DNA of 64,000 bases from Geosiphon pyriformis uo1 (Eukaryota > Fungi > Glomeromycota): NCBI GenBank assembly GCA_016748015.1, contig JAAOMT010000094.1, forward strand, positions 190,520-254,519. Reading direction: 5' to 3'. The notes under the pieces were generated by a model. It did no database searches and had not been told where the DNA came from. It saw nothing but the letters and a program-made list of their open reading frames with translations. Below, piece by piece: positions 13,183 to 27,217 of this stretch. Position 1 is the first letter of the stretch, and the number at the start of each line of letters is the position of its first letter. The translations under genes were made by a program, and so were the position numbers.

Positions 13183-16100
13183 TGTAATATTAGAGGCATA
13201 AACAATTTAGCAAAACAAGAGAACATTGTTTATTGGTATTTAGAATTTGGCAACATGATTTTTATTTTTACTGAAACTAAATTAAAGTTTAACATAAGAC
13301 CATAGATTAAAAATAAGTTTGATGGTGTTCAAATTTTTATGTCAGACCTAGAAAAAAGTTTTTTTACTGGTGTGGCTGTTATTATAAACTATTTTTTAAC
13401 TTAACATGTGTTAAAAGTGAAAAAAGTTCTTGGCAAAGTTATTTCAGTTTAATTATTGTTTAAGAGCAAGTTTTTGATTATAATTCTGGAGCTGTATGCT
13501 GGCACATTAGCTAAAGTATAGTTTAATTAGGCTTCTAATGTCAATTCAGTTATTTTCAAGACAATTGGTTCTAACTCTTTTGTGATTCTGAGTAGTAACT
13601 TCAATAAAGATGGTTTTAAAAAGTATGCAAGTTTTAAAAAATGTTTAGACATAAGTTTGGTCAATTTTTTAAAAAGATTTTTTTCAATTTAGTCAACTAT
13701 TTAAAACAACTTTAAAGAAGTTGAAAAAATTATTGACTAAGTTTTCATAAATAAAAATTTGTCTTTAACAATTACTGGATACAAAATTGAATTTGTGTTT
13801 GAATTTTTTAATATTGAATATAGGGCAGTTATAATCTTGATTGGATTGGAAGACCTATTGAATATTTGTTTGAATAGTGTTTGCAAACAGATTAATAAAG
13901 ATTAGTAGAAGTTTCGAATTAAAGACACAAATAAGACCAAGTGGATGTATTTTAGAAAATGCTTTTCTATTGAGTTGTTAATGATAATGAATAGTTTTGT
14001 GAATACAAAAAGAAGTGGAAATCTGTGTGAAATGTAAGATATGTTAAAAAAAGTAGTAATTGGCTCAGCTGATAAGATTTTCTCTAAACATTGGTTTTAT
14101 AAACTGGATTGCTTAAAAAGTAAGCAATTTTTGAAATTCTACAAGCTAAAGTTATTGGTTGCTAAGATGATAAAAAGTTTGAGTTTGGATAAAGTATTTA
14201 ATTTTGAATGGCTAATTAAAGTTTGATCTACTATTGATGTTGCTAAGACTTTTAAAATTGTTGTTTTGTTCTATAATAGTATAAAACCTATAAAAATAAT
14301 CAAATATTTGTTAAAAGTTAAGAAAAAATATTGAAAATTAAAGTTTTATGAATTAAAGATAGCCAAAAGCAAATCTATTAAAAATACAATTGAAAAGTAA
14401 ATGGATAATTTCAGTTCAAACAAAGGAAGCATGATAAAAAATATCTTAAAATGATTTTTCCATAAAGTTGTTTTAGATTATTTGGTGATTGGAGAGGAAA
14501 TGGTTTTAAAATCAGAAAAAATAAAGTTTAAAGTTAATAGTATTATGGTAAATTGGACAAAAAAGTAAAAAATCTCTATGGTTTTGCTTGATTTGTGGGC
14601 TTGTTAGTATGTGTCTTTAGAACATATAAGAGATAATGCTTTCTCTGGCATAATAAATAATATTGGCTTGGGAAAATTGGTTTTGGTGATTAGTAGATTA
14701 TCTGATCGCAAAACTGCTGGTTTTTTTGGCATATTAAATAAGCTGTGAAAACATTATGATAATAAAATAATAAAATGCTTTTTAGATCTACTTAATTCTT
14801 GTTTAAGACTTGGTGATGTTTCAGATTTTTAGAAAAAAATGTGAATTTTAATGATTCTTAAGTCTTATAAATGAAATAGTATTTTGACTAACACTCAGTC
14901 TATTGTTTTAATTAAAACTGCTAAAAAAATTCTATTCAAAATTCTGTTAGATTGTATTTTATCTGTTTATAGCAAGTTCAATATTCTTTATGATAATAAT
15001 TTTTCTGTCTTAAAAAGTACTTTGACACAATTTTCTGTGTTTGCTATTGGTTTAATAATAGAAGATGCTCTGAAAAAAAGCCAAGAGATTTGATTGGTTT
15101 TACAAAAAATGTGCAAAACTTATAATTTAGTTAGGTAATATTATTTAAGATCGAGTTTAGAATATATTAAGATGTGTAATAGATTTATTAAGTTTTTTAG
15201 AAATATTTATGAGAACAAAGTCAACAAGATAATAACCAATTTTGGTCTTTCAAATGACTACAAAGTTCATAATGAACTGAATCAGAATAAGGTTTTCTCA
15301 TTACTTCTTTGGAGAATTTTTTATGATCCTTTGTTGTGTAAAATTAAGAGACATAAACATTTGTATAAATATAAAATTAACTCTAATTTTGTGACAAAAA
15401 TAAGCAGAGTAAAGATTGGTAGAGACAGATCTTTGTTTTTTGCTGCTGGTACTTTTGTGGATGATACAATTTGGATGGAGAATGATCAGATATTGACACA
15501 GTATATTTTGAATATTGTGAATGAGTTCTTTAGAATAAATAGCATTTCTATCAATAATGACAAGACAGTGGTCATCCCCATTAACTAGAGAGTAGCAAAG
15601 GCTTTTTTGCACATTAATGGCCACTTAAATTTTGTAACCAAGCATAATAAATTTTATAGATATTTGGGTATTTTTTTGTTGACAGAAGATTTGTCTAAGC
15701 TGAGTCTTATAAAGATACATGCAAATATTAGATTATTTTCAAATATGGTTCTTAGGAAGACATTGTCAAATAAGCAGTTTTGCAATCTATAGTTAATTAT
15801 AGGATTTAGTTCAGCTTTGTATTCAAAAGTGTATGCCATAAATAAAATGTTATGATAAAAAAAAGGCTTAAGTCTAAAACCAATTTGCCAAATAATTTTC
15901 TCAATGAAGCTTTATATCACTTATCTCTATATAGTTTGAAGTCTTTTAAACAGGTCTAGACTAAAGCCAAGATAGCTTTAGTGATTGGTTTTTCTAATGC
16001 TATTGGAATTCTTAACTGATTGTTTAAGCATCATGCTTTGGATTTGCAAGTTTTGAAATAAGTATTTCTGAATTCTTTACAATATTCAGTTAAATTAAAG

Positions 16101-18457
16101 ATCAACCTGAGAAATAATTTTCTGGCAGATGTCATAAAAATTTTTTTGGACATTAAGATTTTGTTGGCCAATAATTTGCCTAGTGTGTTTTGTAAGCTCA
16201 GCTACTTTCTAATATTCAGAATATTGGAGAACAATTATTATTTTAATATAGTGTATTTTTTGAAGTGTTTTGGTATTGCTTTTGGAAAAAATTTGTTGAA
16301 CAAGTGTAGTTTAATCATGAATTGAAAGATGTTTCAATGTTAAAAAAAGCTGAGTTCAAGGAATCCAGTACTACTGTAGTTTAGGCAAACTTTAATATAT
16401 ATAAACAATCTTCTGGTGGGATTTATTGAAATTGTTGTTAATTTGAACTGTTCTAACTTTCTTTACTTAAATAAGTTTTTGGGTGTTTGTAAATGCTTGC
16501 ATGAAGTGTAAGCTAGAACAATTAATGTTTATACTGATAGTTCCTTAAAAAATTTGGGTACAGCAAAGGTGGCTAATAAGACTATAACCTACTTTTTTAA
16601 TATTTATATGGGTGTAAGTGTTAAAATACATGGATTGTTGTCTTTAATGTTGTCAAAATTACAAATGATTGTTTTGACTTTGGAATGTATTTTATTATCT
16701 TGCTCAGTAGTTTTGTATACAGATAGCCAAGTGGCTTTAGATACATGTTTATTAAAAAATAAACTTTGCTGGTCTAACTTTTAGAATAAGTGTTGGATAA
16801 AAAGACATTATGTTGCTAATTTAATAAGATTAAAAATTATTTTTGTAAGATAAATAAAAGTGAAAAACCATTTAAGAGACTTTAGTAATGATTGGACAGA
16901 TGTTTTTGCTTGTGTTGTAACACAATTGCATTTAACTTTTTTTGTTGAAATTTGTGATAAGGTTTTTATAACAGATAGTTATATGGTGTTACAGTTCAAA
17001 AATTTAATAAGAATTATAAATAATATAAATTAGCCAATTATAAAAAAGCACAGCAACAATTTATAAAAAGAAATGATTTACAAATAACAGCAAGCACTAT
17101 TTTACAATAGTAGCAAACACTATCATGCAAAAGCAGCAAGCATTATTTCACAATAGCAGCAAGCACTATTTAAAAATAACAAAAATAGAGTATTACAAAA
17201 CGTTATTTTGTAAAACAATAATTATATATATATACAATAGTTTTTAATGATGAAGAATAAAACAGCTTTAACTTAAAGCAACAAGTATCTAAATAAAATC
17301 TTATTCAAAAAGAATTAATAAAAAAAAAATAATAAATTGAATAAACATCACAATTACAAGATTAACAATAGAATTCACATACCCTTTCTAGTGAATAAAA
17401 CTATTATTCTATCTTTGAACTCTTTGGAAGAATAATCCCTGATTAAAATTATTTATGTGGTTACTAATTAAATTAAAAAAGCATTATTATATACTTAGAA
17501 AAATCACAAAAAGGCTATTAACATTTTGTGTTTCTAGATTAGAAAAACACATCAGACAATTGCAAAGATAGCCTTAGAGAAGACCCCAGACAGCAAGTAG
17601 ATTTCAGATTAGTTTCTAGAAAGAAGTACACAACATACAAAGACAACTAGAATTAAAGAGAAGACTTATATCACAATATTAAGAAAAAACCTTCAGTATA
17701 TTATTATTAATATCCAACACATAAAATTGAAAAACTCATAAGAGACTGATTACAATTAAAACAAAAGATCAACAATTAAAATATACCAAGAAAACACTCC
17801 CATAACAGTAGTTTTAGGCAATATTTACTATTTTGTTTAAGATATCTATTAGACTGTTTGCTAAACTTTATAAGAAATGAGTTTTGATGCAAATGTTTTG
17901 GACATTTTGTTCATTTAGAGCATAAATTAAGATTGTACTGTCTTAGTTTGATATTCAAATTCTTATATGTTAACTAAATTTATTAATAAAAAGTTGGCTA
18001 CTTTGTATATATATTTGATGAAAACTGTTTACAAAAGATTGTTAGTCACTATTCATAAAAAGCTGTATAATAAAAATTATTTAGGCATCTTGTACTTGAT
18101 GTATAATAATGTTAAATTGCCTAATTATGCTTTAAATTGTTCTAAAGATGTCTTTGTATGCTCTGATATTTTTTCTGATTATGTTAAACTGTGAAAGTTT
18201 TTGGTAAGAGATTGCTCTCTATTATTATTCTCAGTTTTGTGCACTTTTTTTTCAGATGCTTTGAATGTTAATATATATGTGATTTTGTGCAAGAGCTTTG
18301 TTTTTAAGGAATAGATTAATAAAGTAGCATCTAGGTTTGAAAATAGAAAAAAAACAATATCAATAATAGTTGATTTTGTTTGTCATTTGGCCAATGAATA
18401 TTACAATAGGTTGTGGTTGTTAAGGTTTAAATTTAGAGCAGACATAGAAAAAAGTGG
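13183..18457 (+). pseudogene. LINE-A ORF2 remnant (APE-RT-RNase H)
   Basis: Collinear with LINE-B ORF2: FTETK, SNFNK, TNTQSIVLIKT, FVDDTIW, YLGIF, YTDSQVAL. Many stops. Interrupted at 16987-17807. Confidence 0.85.
16987..17807 (+). mobile_element. Solo LTR, family 3
   Basis: TGTTAC...ATAACA ends. TSD ATGG/GTAG. CCAAT box, ~23-bp AGCAAGCACTAT repeats and TATA. Homologous to 55720-56447 and 62797-63618. Confidence 0.9.
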
Positions 18458-19398
18458 TGTTACTTAAAAAAAAAGCATACAAAGAAATAGTAAAAAAAAC
18501 AAATAAACCAATAGAAAAATAGTAGTTAACATGTAAACATATTGCTTAACAACATAGAACATTGTTAAAAATTATAGCACATTGTTTAGCAATATAAAGC
18601 ATTGTTAGAAAATTATAACACATTGTTTAGCTATATAAGTATTGTTTGAAAAATGATAGCACATTGCTTAAAATGTGAGTAATCTTATAGAACCCAATTT
18701 ATGTATATATAGCAGTAGCATTAGAAGCAGAAAGAACAGAATTTTTAGTTTAGAACATTATTTCCCTTCTTTATACATCTCTTCACATAATAGTATTCTA
18801 TAACTTGAAATAAAAACCATCAAATATTAATAAACATACTTATTATTATTCAAATTCATGGTCTCATTGTTTGATTGATAATACTAATTTATCTTTCCAA
18901 TATCAACTCTCTATGTTGATATTCACTAATACTTAATCATACTGGATCAATAGCTTTTGATCACAACTATTGACAAGATACTAACTTTTATTGCCTTGGC
19001 CTGAATTCTTTATTTCTTTTATTTTATTTTCTTTTATTTGTTTTCTTTTTTGTTTACTAATTAATTAAGGAATTAAAGTACTAATTAATTGACATCAAAA
19101 ATAGCTTAGTAAAAGACTCAGAAATAAGAGTAGAAAACTCAAAAATTGAGAATAGCTTATCAGAAGAACATGACTACTAGAATAAACTGGCCACCACATT
19201 AAATAAAAAGATTTGATGGAATTGTGATTTTGAGAAGCTACTGATAAAACAACCATTGAATCTTTGTCCATTATACAAAAAACTTCAACCCAAAATCTTC
19301 AGATACAAAATCTTCAGATATCACTAACCACATTAGCTATTAAGTACCAAGTTATAGGTTTGTTATTTGATTTAAAACCCAAATAAGCACCTATAATA
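18458..19398 (+). repeat. 5' LTR of G1 (family 1), with ~39-bp U3 tandem repeats
   Basis: TGTTAC start; CTATAATA end (from CTGTAACA) followed by TT-TGG PBS. R/U5 shared with the other family-1 LTRs. Confidence 0.88.
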
Positions 19399-19462
19399 TT
19401 TGGTGCTTTCTGTGAAATTTAATTTAACAAAAAACCAGTATCAATAACAACTATTTAAAACA

Positions 19463-22400
19463 GTGGCAGAATTAGAAGAAATAAAGACACACCACTTGGA
19501 ATTTATAAAATTCTTATTTCAATATTACAAAAATTACTTTGAATTAACAGATAGTAATTGGCCAACAGAATTAGTTTTTAATTGTTATATCAACAAAAAA
19601 ATTGCTTATTACTTGGGAGATTAAAGAAATCTAGAAGCCACCTTCAACAATTTTTTCAGTAAATTACTCCAAAGCATCACACTTCCACAAAACTATTTAT
19701 TTGTACTTCTAATCACAAAAATAAACAGAGAAATTAAAAAGTACATCAAGCAAAGATTTTTTATTATCTTTGCAGACAAAGAAAAAGGAAAATTACAAAC
19801 ACTAGCAAGAATATCAAAACCAATACAACCACTTACTTGGAAGAAACCAAGAGTCAATTCACTAATCAATCCATCATACTATTACATACTTAAAAGTACC
19901 ATCAATATAATATCAGCAGACACATTTACAACAAATACATAGCTAGAATCCTGTTTCAAAGTAAACAAAAAAAAGCTAAACTATTGGGAACCTACAGTAA
20001 TTATTTTGAGGGATTTAATTCACAATTACTAATGCCATCAGAATTTTAATTACTGCCATCTCAACCAGATTTTGGAACCATGAGTTCTTGGAAAGTAACA
20101 GAGTCAGAAAAAAAGGAAAATAGCAATTGAAAAACTAATAATCAAAACCTGATCCCAGAAAACCCAAAATTACAAACTCCAATTGTTCAAGCTCAAACAA
20201 ACCCAAACAATCTAAACTCTGCTCCTATTATTCAACAAAACTTATTTTTAGTTATCCAGATCAACCTACCAGTAATTCCAATTCCCATTTCTTGTTAATA
20301 ACAAAACTTGCAGCAATTATAACAACTCATATCAATGGCATATGTATCTATTATTAAACTTAAGAAATTTACTGGTGAAAAAAATAACACCCAAGTCTGG
20401 TTCAATGATGTAGAGAAAACCATTATAGTCAACAGTTGGGATAATAAGAGAGCATTGTAAATTATTCCTTACTTCCTCCAAAATACTGCCAATTCATAGT
20501 ATCAAAGTCTTATAGATAAATCCAATATTTTTGATGCATTCAAAACTGTTTTTCTACAGTATTTTAGCAATTATAACAGTATTAATCAATTGCTCACACA
20601 TTTTACTACCATTAAGCAAGAAGAAACTGAAGCAGTCACCACTTACTTGGAATGCTTTTATAAGAATCTACACCAGATCTAAGCAATTGATGCAAATTAT
20701 TTCACAGTGTCCCAAATTCTGAATTAATTTATTCACAGGTTATATAGCACTATCTTACAATGAGTATGTTCAATGCATCCAGAGATGCTACAAAACACAG
20801 TCATTTATGCCAGAGATTTTGAATCAGCTAAGCTAGAAGCCAAACAAGTTCAAGCTGTAAATCTAGTGATGAATAAATCATCTGAATTAAATTCAAAGCT
20901 GAAACAATTTAGTAATACTATTAATCAGAAATTGGAAGAGTACTTAGTTAACAATCAAACTATTTATCAATCTCTACAATATCACAATAATTCAGAAAAT
21001 CCAAATCATCTTTGAAATCAATCATGTCCATCAATGTCAAACAACCAACAATGATGACAAAAGACACATAATTGTCATTATTGTCATAAACAAAAATATT
21101 TACAAATTGATTATCACATCAGATTAAAATGCCATCAATTGAGAAATCAATATAGAAAACCTAATTGCCAGATTCAAACTACAAATTACCATTAAAATCA
21201 AGAACTATATTAACCAAATTATTTACTGATAATACAACAATAGATATATGTACCAATATATTAATCTCTAACATCAGTAATATATCAATCACAGCCCCAA
21301 ATTGTTTATTAATCCCAACCAATTCAAATATTACTACTAAACTTACCTCAAAATGAAAGCCAGAGACTGAGAACTACACAAATCTGTTAGAATTGGCAAT
21401 TAACAATGGTAATACATCAACTAATTTTTAGTTCAGCAGTTTGGCAAGCTGGATATTAACCACAAAATTTGGGAACTAACTATGTCCAAAACTTGAATGT
21501 CCAATACTATTTAAGTCTACTTGTTACCTCAAAAAATGTCTCATCCAACAATAGGGAAACCAACCAAAAGCAGCCACTTACCAATAACATATCTCTAGCA
21601 ACTGTCACCAATGACAAATTATTAATAGATATTTTTCTCTTTGAAATCAAGGAACCAACTAAAATGACCCTCTTTAATGGAGCTGCTCTTAACATAAAAC
21701 TCATTATGGTAATGTATACAAATGCCAAAGTTGATGGTCAGTTCATCAAATTGATCTTTAACAGCAGTTTAGTAGACAGTATTATTACACAACAACTTAT
21801 TAATTAAGTTGCCAAGTTGATTATGCTGCCAGCACCAAAATAATAACTGCTGATAGATCAACAAAGACTCCAATTGGCAAAATTAATAACTTCTCAATTG
21901 AAGTCAATAGCATTACAACACCAATCAAAATATTGGTGATAGAAGCTATACAGTACCAAGTTCTTGTTGGTAATAACTGGCTGTTCAAAACCAATGCCAT
22001 GTTAGATTGGAACACTCAAGAATTACAACTGAGCCAGAATGGCCAAAACATTTGAGTACCAGCCACTTGCAATTATTTCAAGACCACTATTAACAAGCAA
22101 TCACTAATTAAGCTTGAAAAAAAAAAGAAAAAACCTACCTGAAAAGCCTACCAAGTTTTATGAGCCAAGGAAGATTACAACAAATTACTACTTCTACCTA
22201 ACTGGAAGGAAAAAAAAGAAAAAACATTTCAAGCCACCACCTTTACCTATACTCCATATACTATTACTTAACATCAGCAAAATTATCATTGACCCAAACT
22301 AATTTGTGTTAATTGTAGCAAAAAATTGTTGACAATGGACATATGTTGTGGTAATAATAAAAAATGGCTAACAACAACTAAGTTCTATTGTTGTTTATGT

Positions 22401-25400
22401 GTCTTTGAACACTTTGGACAACCTAAATAACAAGAAAAATAGGATAATAAATCTTATTTGACATATAGAACAATTCTGCCAGATAAAAAAATATGGAATG
22501 ACATTCTTGGACAAGGAGGAACATACAACAAAATGTGTTAATACATAATTTTCATAAATGATTGGGTATAAAAAGAGATCCTGATTGATGACACCTAAAA
22601 ATGAGCACTCCAATGTTTAAAAGATTACCCACATGATAAACATGAGATCTGAAAAATGGCAAGTGGGAAAACAGAAAGAGCTTTAACTAATAAACTATTA
22701 AAAATCAAAAACAACTCACTTTCACTTTCTGAATCCAAATACATCCAAACTTTTGACATCATTAACAATGTTGAAAATGATCCCAAGCAATTCTACAAAA
22801 ATTATCAGAATTTAGTGCCAATTAAGAAAAAACAAAAATAATGACTAAAACAGTTGAATACTTGACTTTGTTAATACTGTTTAATTCCTTGTAGCTTTGA
22901 ATATTGTAATGAGTGTGATCTCATTTACAATCTACTACCATGTATGATTTACACAATTTTTGAAAAAGAAAAACCAATCAGCAGCTGCAAAGTGGAATTG
23001 GAATCCCCATTCAATCCTGATTCAAACTCCAATGATAATGAGAACAATGATTCTAACAGTCACAATAATGACAATAGCAAAAATTCAAACTCTGATTAAA
23101 CTCCAATTTAAATCATGAACAATATATTACACTTCCAGATCTATCTATAGAACAAAAACTAAAATGGTTCAGCAATAATGATGAAAGTATAATGTCAGAA
23201 CATGTATATAACACCAATACAGGGTTTAATCTGAGATATTCAGGAAAAGATGCCATCAAATTAGAACCACATTTGTGCACATATATTAATCTGAAAATAG
23301 TGCTGGAAATTCTAACAACAATAGTGATTTAACTAGCATTTAGGAGCAGTTTAGTGAAAAAAAAATTAATATTAGAAAAGAAATAATTGATGCAGAATAT
23401 GTAGGAAATATCATTGCAATACTACAAAATAACTCAGAAAAGACTTACATTATTAAACCAAATAAAAAAATAGTACAGACAATATTTCTATTTTTGGTTA
23501 AAATAGCTTAACTAGTATTAGTGGGAAGTAGAGAAAAATTAGGAATCACAGCTAGAAAAATAAATGGATTTGAATTCACAGGTAGAATAGATATACCAAT
23601 TAATATGGCAGAAGAAGAAATCATTAACAAAAGAAAAATTATTTTCATCTGTCAATTAATTTCTATTTTATTATATAACCAGTACATATTAGACATAAAA
23701 AAGAAAGTAAAAGATCAGGCTCAAATTTTTGAAGCAGAAGTTACAATTTGCAAATCAGAAAAAATTGAACTCACCAATCTTTACATACCAACCAAGAACA
23801 ATAACCACATCAAAATTCTTATCTACAATACAACTGGAAATGTTATTGAAATACCAAAAAAAACTATTATTAGATATCTAAGTATTGAAGTTAAAGACCA
23901 AACCTCAAACTCCATTCTGGATTTTTCACAACTGTGCAGATATGTAGACATTACATCACAAATGATATATGAATGAGAAGAATATTATTTACTCTAATCA
24001 AAACAATTGGAACAAATAAACTTAGAAAACTTAAATTCACTTTAACAGATGCAACTCAAAATGCTACTCAATAGTTTTACCAATATTTTTACCAGTGAAA
24101 ATAAATTTGGCAGAACTGACATCATTCAGTATTAAATTAAAACTGAAGATGCAATGCCAATTAAACAAAGAGCATACAGAGTACCACTAACAAGTTATGA
24201 GATTATCTAATAAAAGATCAACAAAATGTTAGACAATGGATTAATTCAACTATTAACGAGTTCATAGTCATTACCAGTAGTACTTGTTTGGAAAAAGAAT
24301 GGAAAATTTCACTTTTGTGTAGATTATAGAAAACTAAACAATATAACTCATGAAAACAGTTATCCAACTTCACAAATCCAAGAATTATTTAATGCTTTTG
24401 GAGGGAAGAAATGCTTTTTAACATTAGATCTAGATAGTGATTACTGACAAGTAGCCATGAATTCAGCTAATAAAAAAAAACCGCATTTACTATTAGAGAA
24501 GGAAATTTTGAATTTAAAGTTATGCCATTTGGCTTAATAAATGCTCTAGCCACTTTCCAACAGCTAATGAAAATTGTATACACTGGACTGCTATAGAAAT
24601 CAGTAGTTGTTTACCTAGATAACACCAATGTATTTTTCAAGACATTTAATGATTACTTATATTATCTTCAACAAGTGTTTGAAAGACTAAGAAGAGCCAA
24701 ATTAAAGTTAAATACAACTAAATATTTCTTTGGAAAAACTAAACTCAAGTTTTTGGAACATGTTGTAAGCAAAAACAGCATCAAAACAGATCCAGACAAA
24801 ATTAAAATTGTCAAGAACTTTTCAGTACCAACAAATCTTACAGAATTAAAAGCATTCTTGGAATTTGCAAAATATTATTACTGTTTTATTCAGAACTTCT
24901 TCAAACTGACTCAACCACTTCACTAGCTTCAAATCAAAAATGTAAAATATGAATGGACAGAAACTCAACAAGAAGCTTTTGATATACTAAGAAGAAAGCT
25001 CATTTAAGCATTAGTATTAATCTATTTAGACTACACCAAACTATTCATCATTATTACCAATATATTAAGTCAAGCATTAAAAGCAGTACTATCTTAGAAA
25101 AAACCAGATAAATAAAAACATCTAGTAACATATGCCAACCAAAGTTTGAGTCCAGTGGAAAAAAACTATAGAATACCAGCACTAGAATATTTAGCTATCT
25201 ATTGGGCAGTTATTAAATAGAAAGAGCATTTTAAGCCAGAAGTTTGAAGTATACACTAATTACAAAGAATTGACATTAATTCAGAAGCAAAAATTTGAAG
25301 ACAATTGCCATATCAGATGGAAAATAGAACTTTCATTATTCAAATATACAGTATATTATAAAAAAAAAATGCAAATACAAATGGTTTGTTACAAATGAAA

Positions 25401-25683
25401 CAAATCTAAAAACATTTCAAACTCAAAAATATAACAAAAAATAAACACACAAAAATATTAACAACTTTAACATTATATTAATATTCAACAATTCTAAGAG
25501 AAATTATCTTAAAAAGAATAAAACAACATCAAACAACAATCAAAATATTTTATTATTTACCAAAATATATTATATTAGAAGAACAAAAAAAATCTAGATT
25601 AACCACTTAAAGTAATCACAGAACCAAAAAAAGAAACAATACTATACAATATGTATTCAAATCTGACAGCAGAACACTTTCAT
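19463..25683 (+). pseudogene. G1 gag-pol remnant
   Basis: KFTGE gag motif, degenerate CCHC, LIFNSS (protease LDSG), dUTPase remnant ~23190-23590, CVDYRKLN, YLDN, RNase H remnant. Confidence 0.88.
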
Positions 25684-26389
25684 TGGTACTATAGTAAACT
25701 TTCTATACTCCCTCTGGTTATAGTCACTATCTTCTTATAATCATATTTTTTTAAAAACCAAAACCATTTATATATAATATTATCTTCTTATAGTTACTTT
25801 TACTATATATATTTCTTTATAGTCCCTATTTCCACAAATATGATAGCAGAATATAAGTAATTTCTACTCTTTATAGTCACACTATAATCATATAATATTA
25901 GATATGAATATCAGATGTCATTTTATATTTAATCAGACATGTACAGTCAAGAAGATTTTCCAATTTGTCAATGGAAATTATTCTTTTTATGGTAGTAAAA
26001 AAAATTAGAGAAGTTTCTGAAAATGACTATAGAACACTAAACAAAATTTCTCAAATATTACAACATTTAATTACTCTTCTTCTTTATAAGCCTCCACTAT
26101 TATTAGAAAACAATGATAGAACTATTATATCTGGCTTGTTGTTTGCAGGTATTATGAGAGTTTTAATAATAGTTAACATATGATACAGTACTACTGCTCT
26201 TGGTGCTTGGTGCTTTAGAGGCTGGTAGTGCTTTGGAGACTGTTGCTGTGAATATTGATAAAATTACTCTGGATCAAACTTTGGCTAATGAGATTACTTT
26301 TTCTCTATATTGGAAGAAGAAATTAACTAACCTACAAGTGAGAATAATGGCCCAATGAGATTCTCCAGGAACAAGTTTGTTAAGAGGAC

Positions 26390-27156
26390 TGTTACTCATA
26401 GAAATATAGGAAATATATTAGCATAATTATTAGCCAATTAGAAATAGACATAGTAAAATGTAGAATTCCAGGATTCCTCAGAAGAATTGCAGGATTCCTG
26501 TTATGAAGAATCAAGGAATTGAAGAATCTCAATTATGTATATATAGTGAAAGTATTAGAAGCAAAAAAGACAGACTTCTCAGTTTAAATTTGATCTAGAC
26601 AACTTTCCAAACCACAATAAATAACTATTTGTTATTTCAATTCACTTCCACTATCAATACTTCATGTTAATAGTCTTTGATACTTAACCACACTGAAACA
26701 ATAGCTCTTGATTATGGCTATTGACAGGATACTAACTTGCAATTACATTTTGGCCAAATTTCATTTTCTCTTTATTTCTTTTATTTTCTTTTTATTTTCT
26801 CTTCTGTTTCATTTGATTTTATTGTTGTGCACTAATTAATTGAAGAAAATACTAGATTACTAACATCAAGGATTGCCTGGTAAAAAACCCCTGCGAAAGG
26901 GTAGAACACGTATAGTAGATATGGAATACTTACCAGAGGATTGCTAGCTACCAAGTCAAGAGAAGAATTGACAAAACTGCAGTTTTGAGAAACTACGGAT
27001 AAAACTATTACCATTGAATCTCTGTTTATTATACAAAGAACTCAACTAAAATCTTTAGATACAAAACCTTCAGATCATTAACAATGAGAATAGCTTTTGA
27101 ACACCAAGTTACAGGTTTGTTATTTGATTTGAGACCCCAAGTAATTATCTGTAACA
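26390..27156 (+). repeat. 5' LTR of G2
   Basis: TGTTAC...GTAACA. Direct repeat of 35490-36312, with a ~56-bp deletion in the U3 GGAATTCC repeats. Confidence 0.95.
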
Positions 27157-27158
27157 TT

Positions 27159-27176
27159 TGGTGTTCCCTGTGAGGT
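27159..27176 (+). promoter_or_regulatory. Primer-binding site, probably tRNA-Ile(UAU)
   Basis: TGGTGTTCCCTGTGAGG begins 2 nt after the LTR. The consensus with 19401, 48283 and 47045(-) is TGGTGCTCCCTGTGAGG, complementary to a ...GGGAGCACCA tRNA end like that of eukaryotic tRNA-Ile(UAU). Confidence 0.7.
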
Positions 27177-27217
27177 ATAATTTTACAGAGAACCAGCACC
27201 AACAACCTCATCCAAAA

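Larger units (their letters stand above)
3440..18457 (+). mobile_element. LINE-A: older non-LTR retrotransposon, interrupted by LINE-B and a solo LTR, 3' end cut by Gypsy G1
   Basis: The ORF1 remnant is collinear with LINE-B ORF1. ORF2 starts WKIAMCN at ~5390-5413 and resumes CNIRGIN at ~13183, followed by RT (FVDDTIW at ~15455) and RNase H (YTDSS, YTDSQVALD). The 5' boundary is approximate. Confidence 0.85.
18458..25689 (+). mobile_element. Gypsy G1 (family 1): 5' LTR, PBS, gag-PR-Cys-rich-dUTPase-RT-RNase H, truncated in the integrase N-terminus
   Basis: LTR 18458-19398 and PBS TGGTGCTTTCTGTGAA at 19401. The internal region is collinear with G2. It stops just before the pogo left end and does not resume after the right end. 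Confidence 0.9.

Noticed and set aside
17085-17175. Regularly spaced ~23-bp repeats (also 18530-18670, 55820-55910, 63430-63510) resembling a CRISPR array
   Set aside because: Head-to-tail units without unique spacers, inside LTR U3 regions, eukaryotic context, no cas genes.
26728-26845. TACTAAC plus pyrimidine tract as an intron 3' end in the LTR
   Set aside because: No conserved YAG acceptor follows, and TACTAAC is not kept in the 53940-54842 copy. More simply a 3'-end formation tract.
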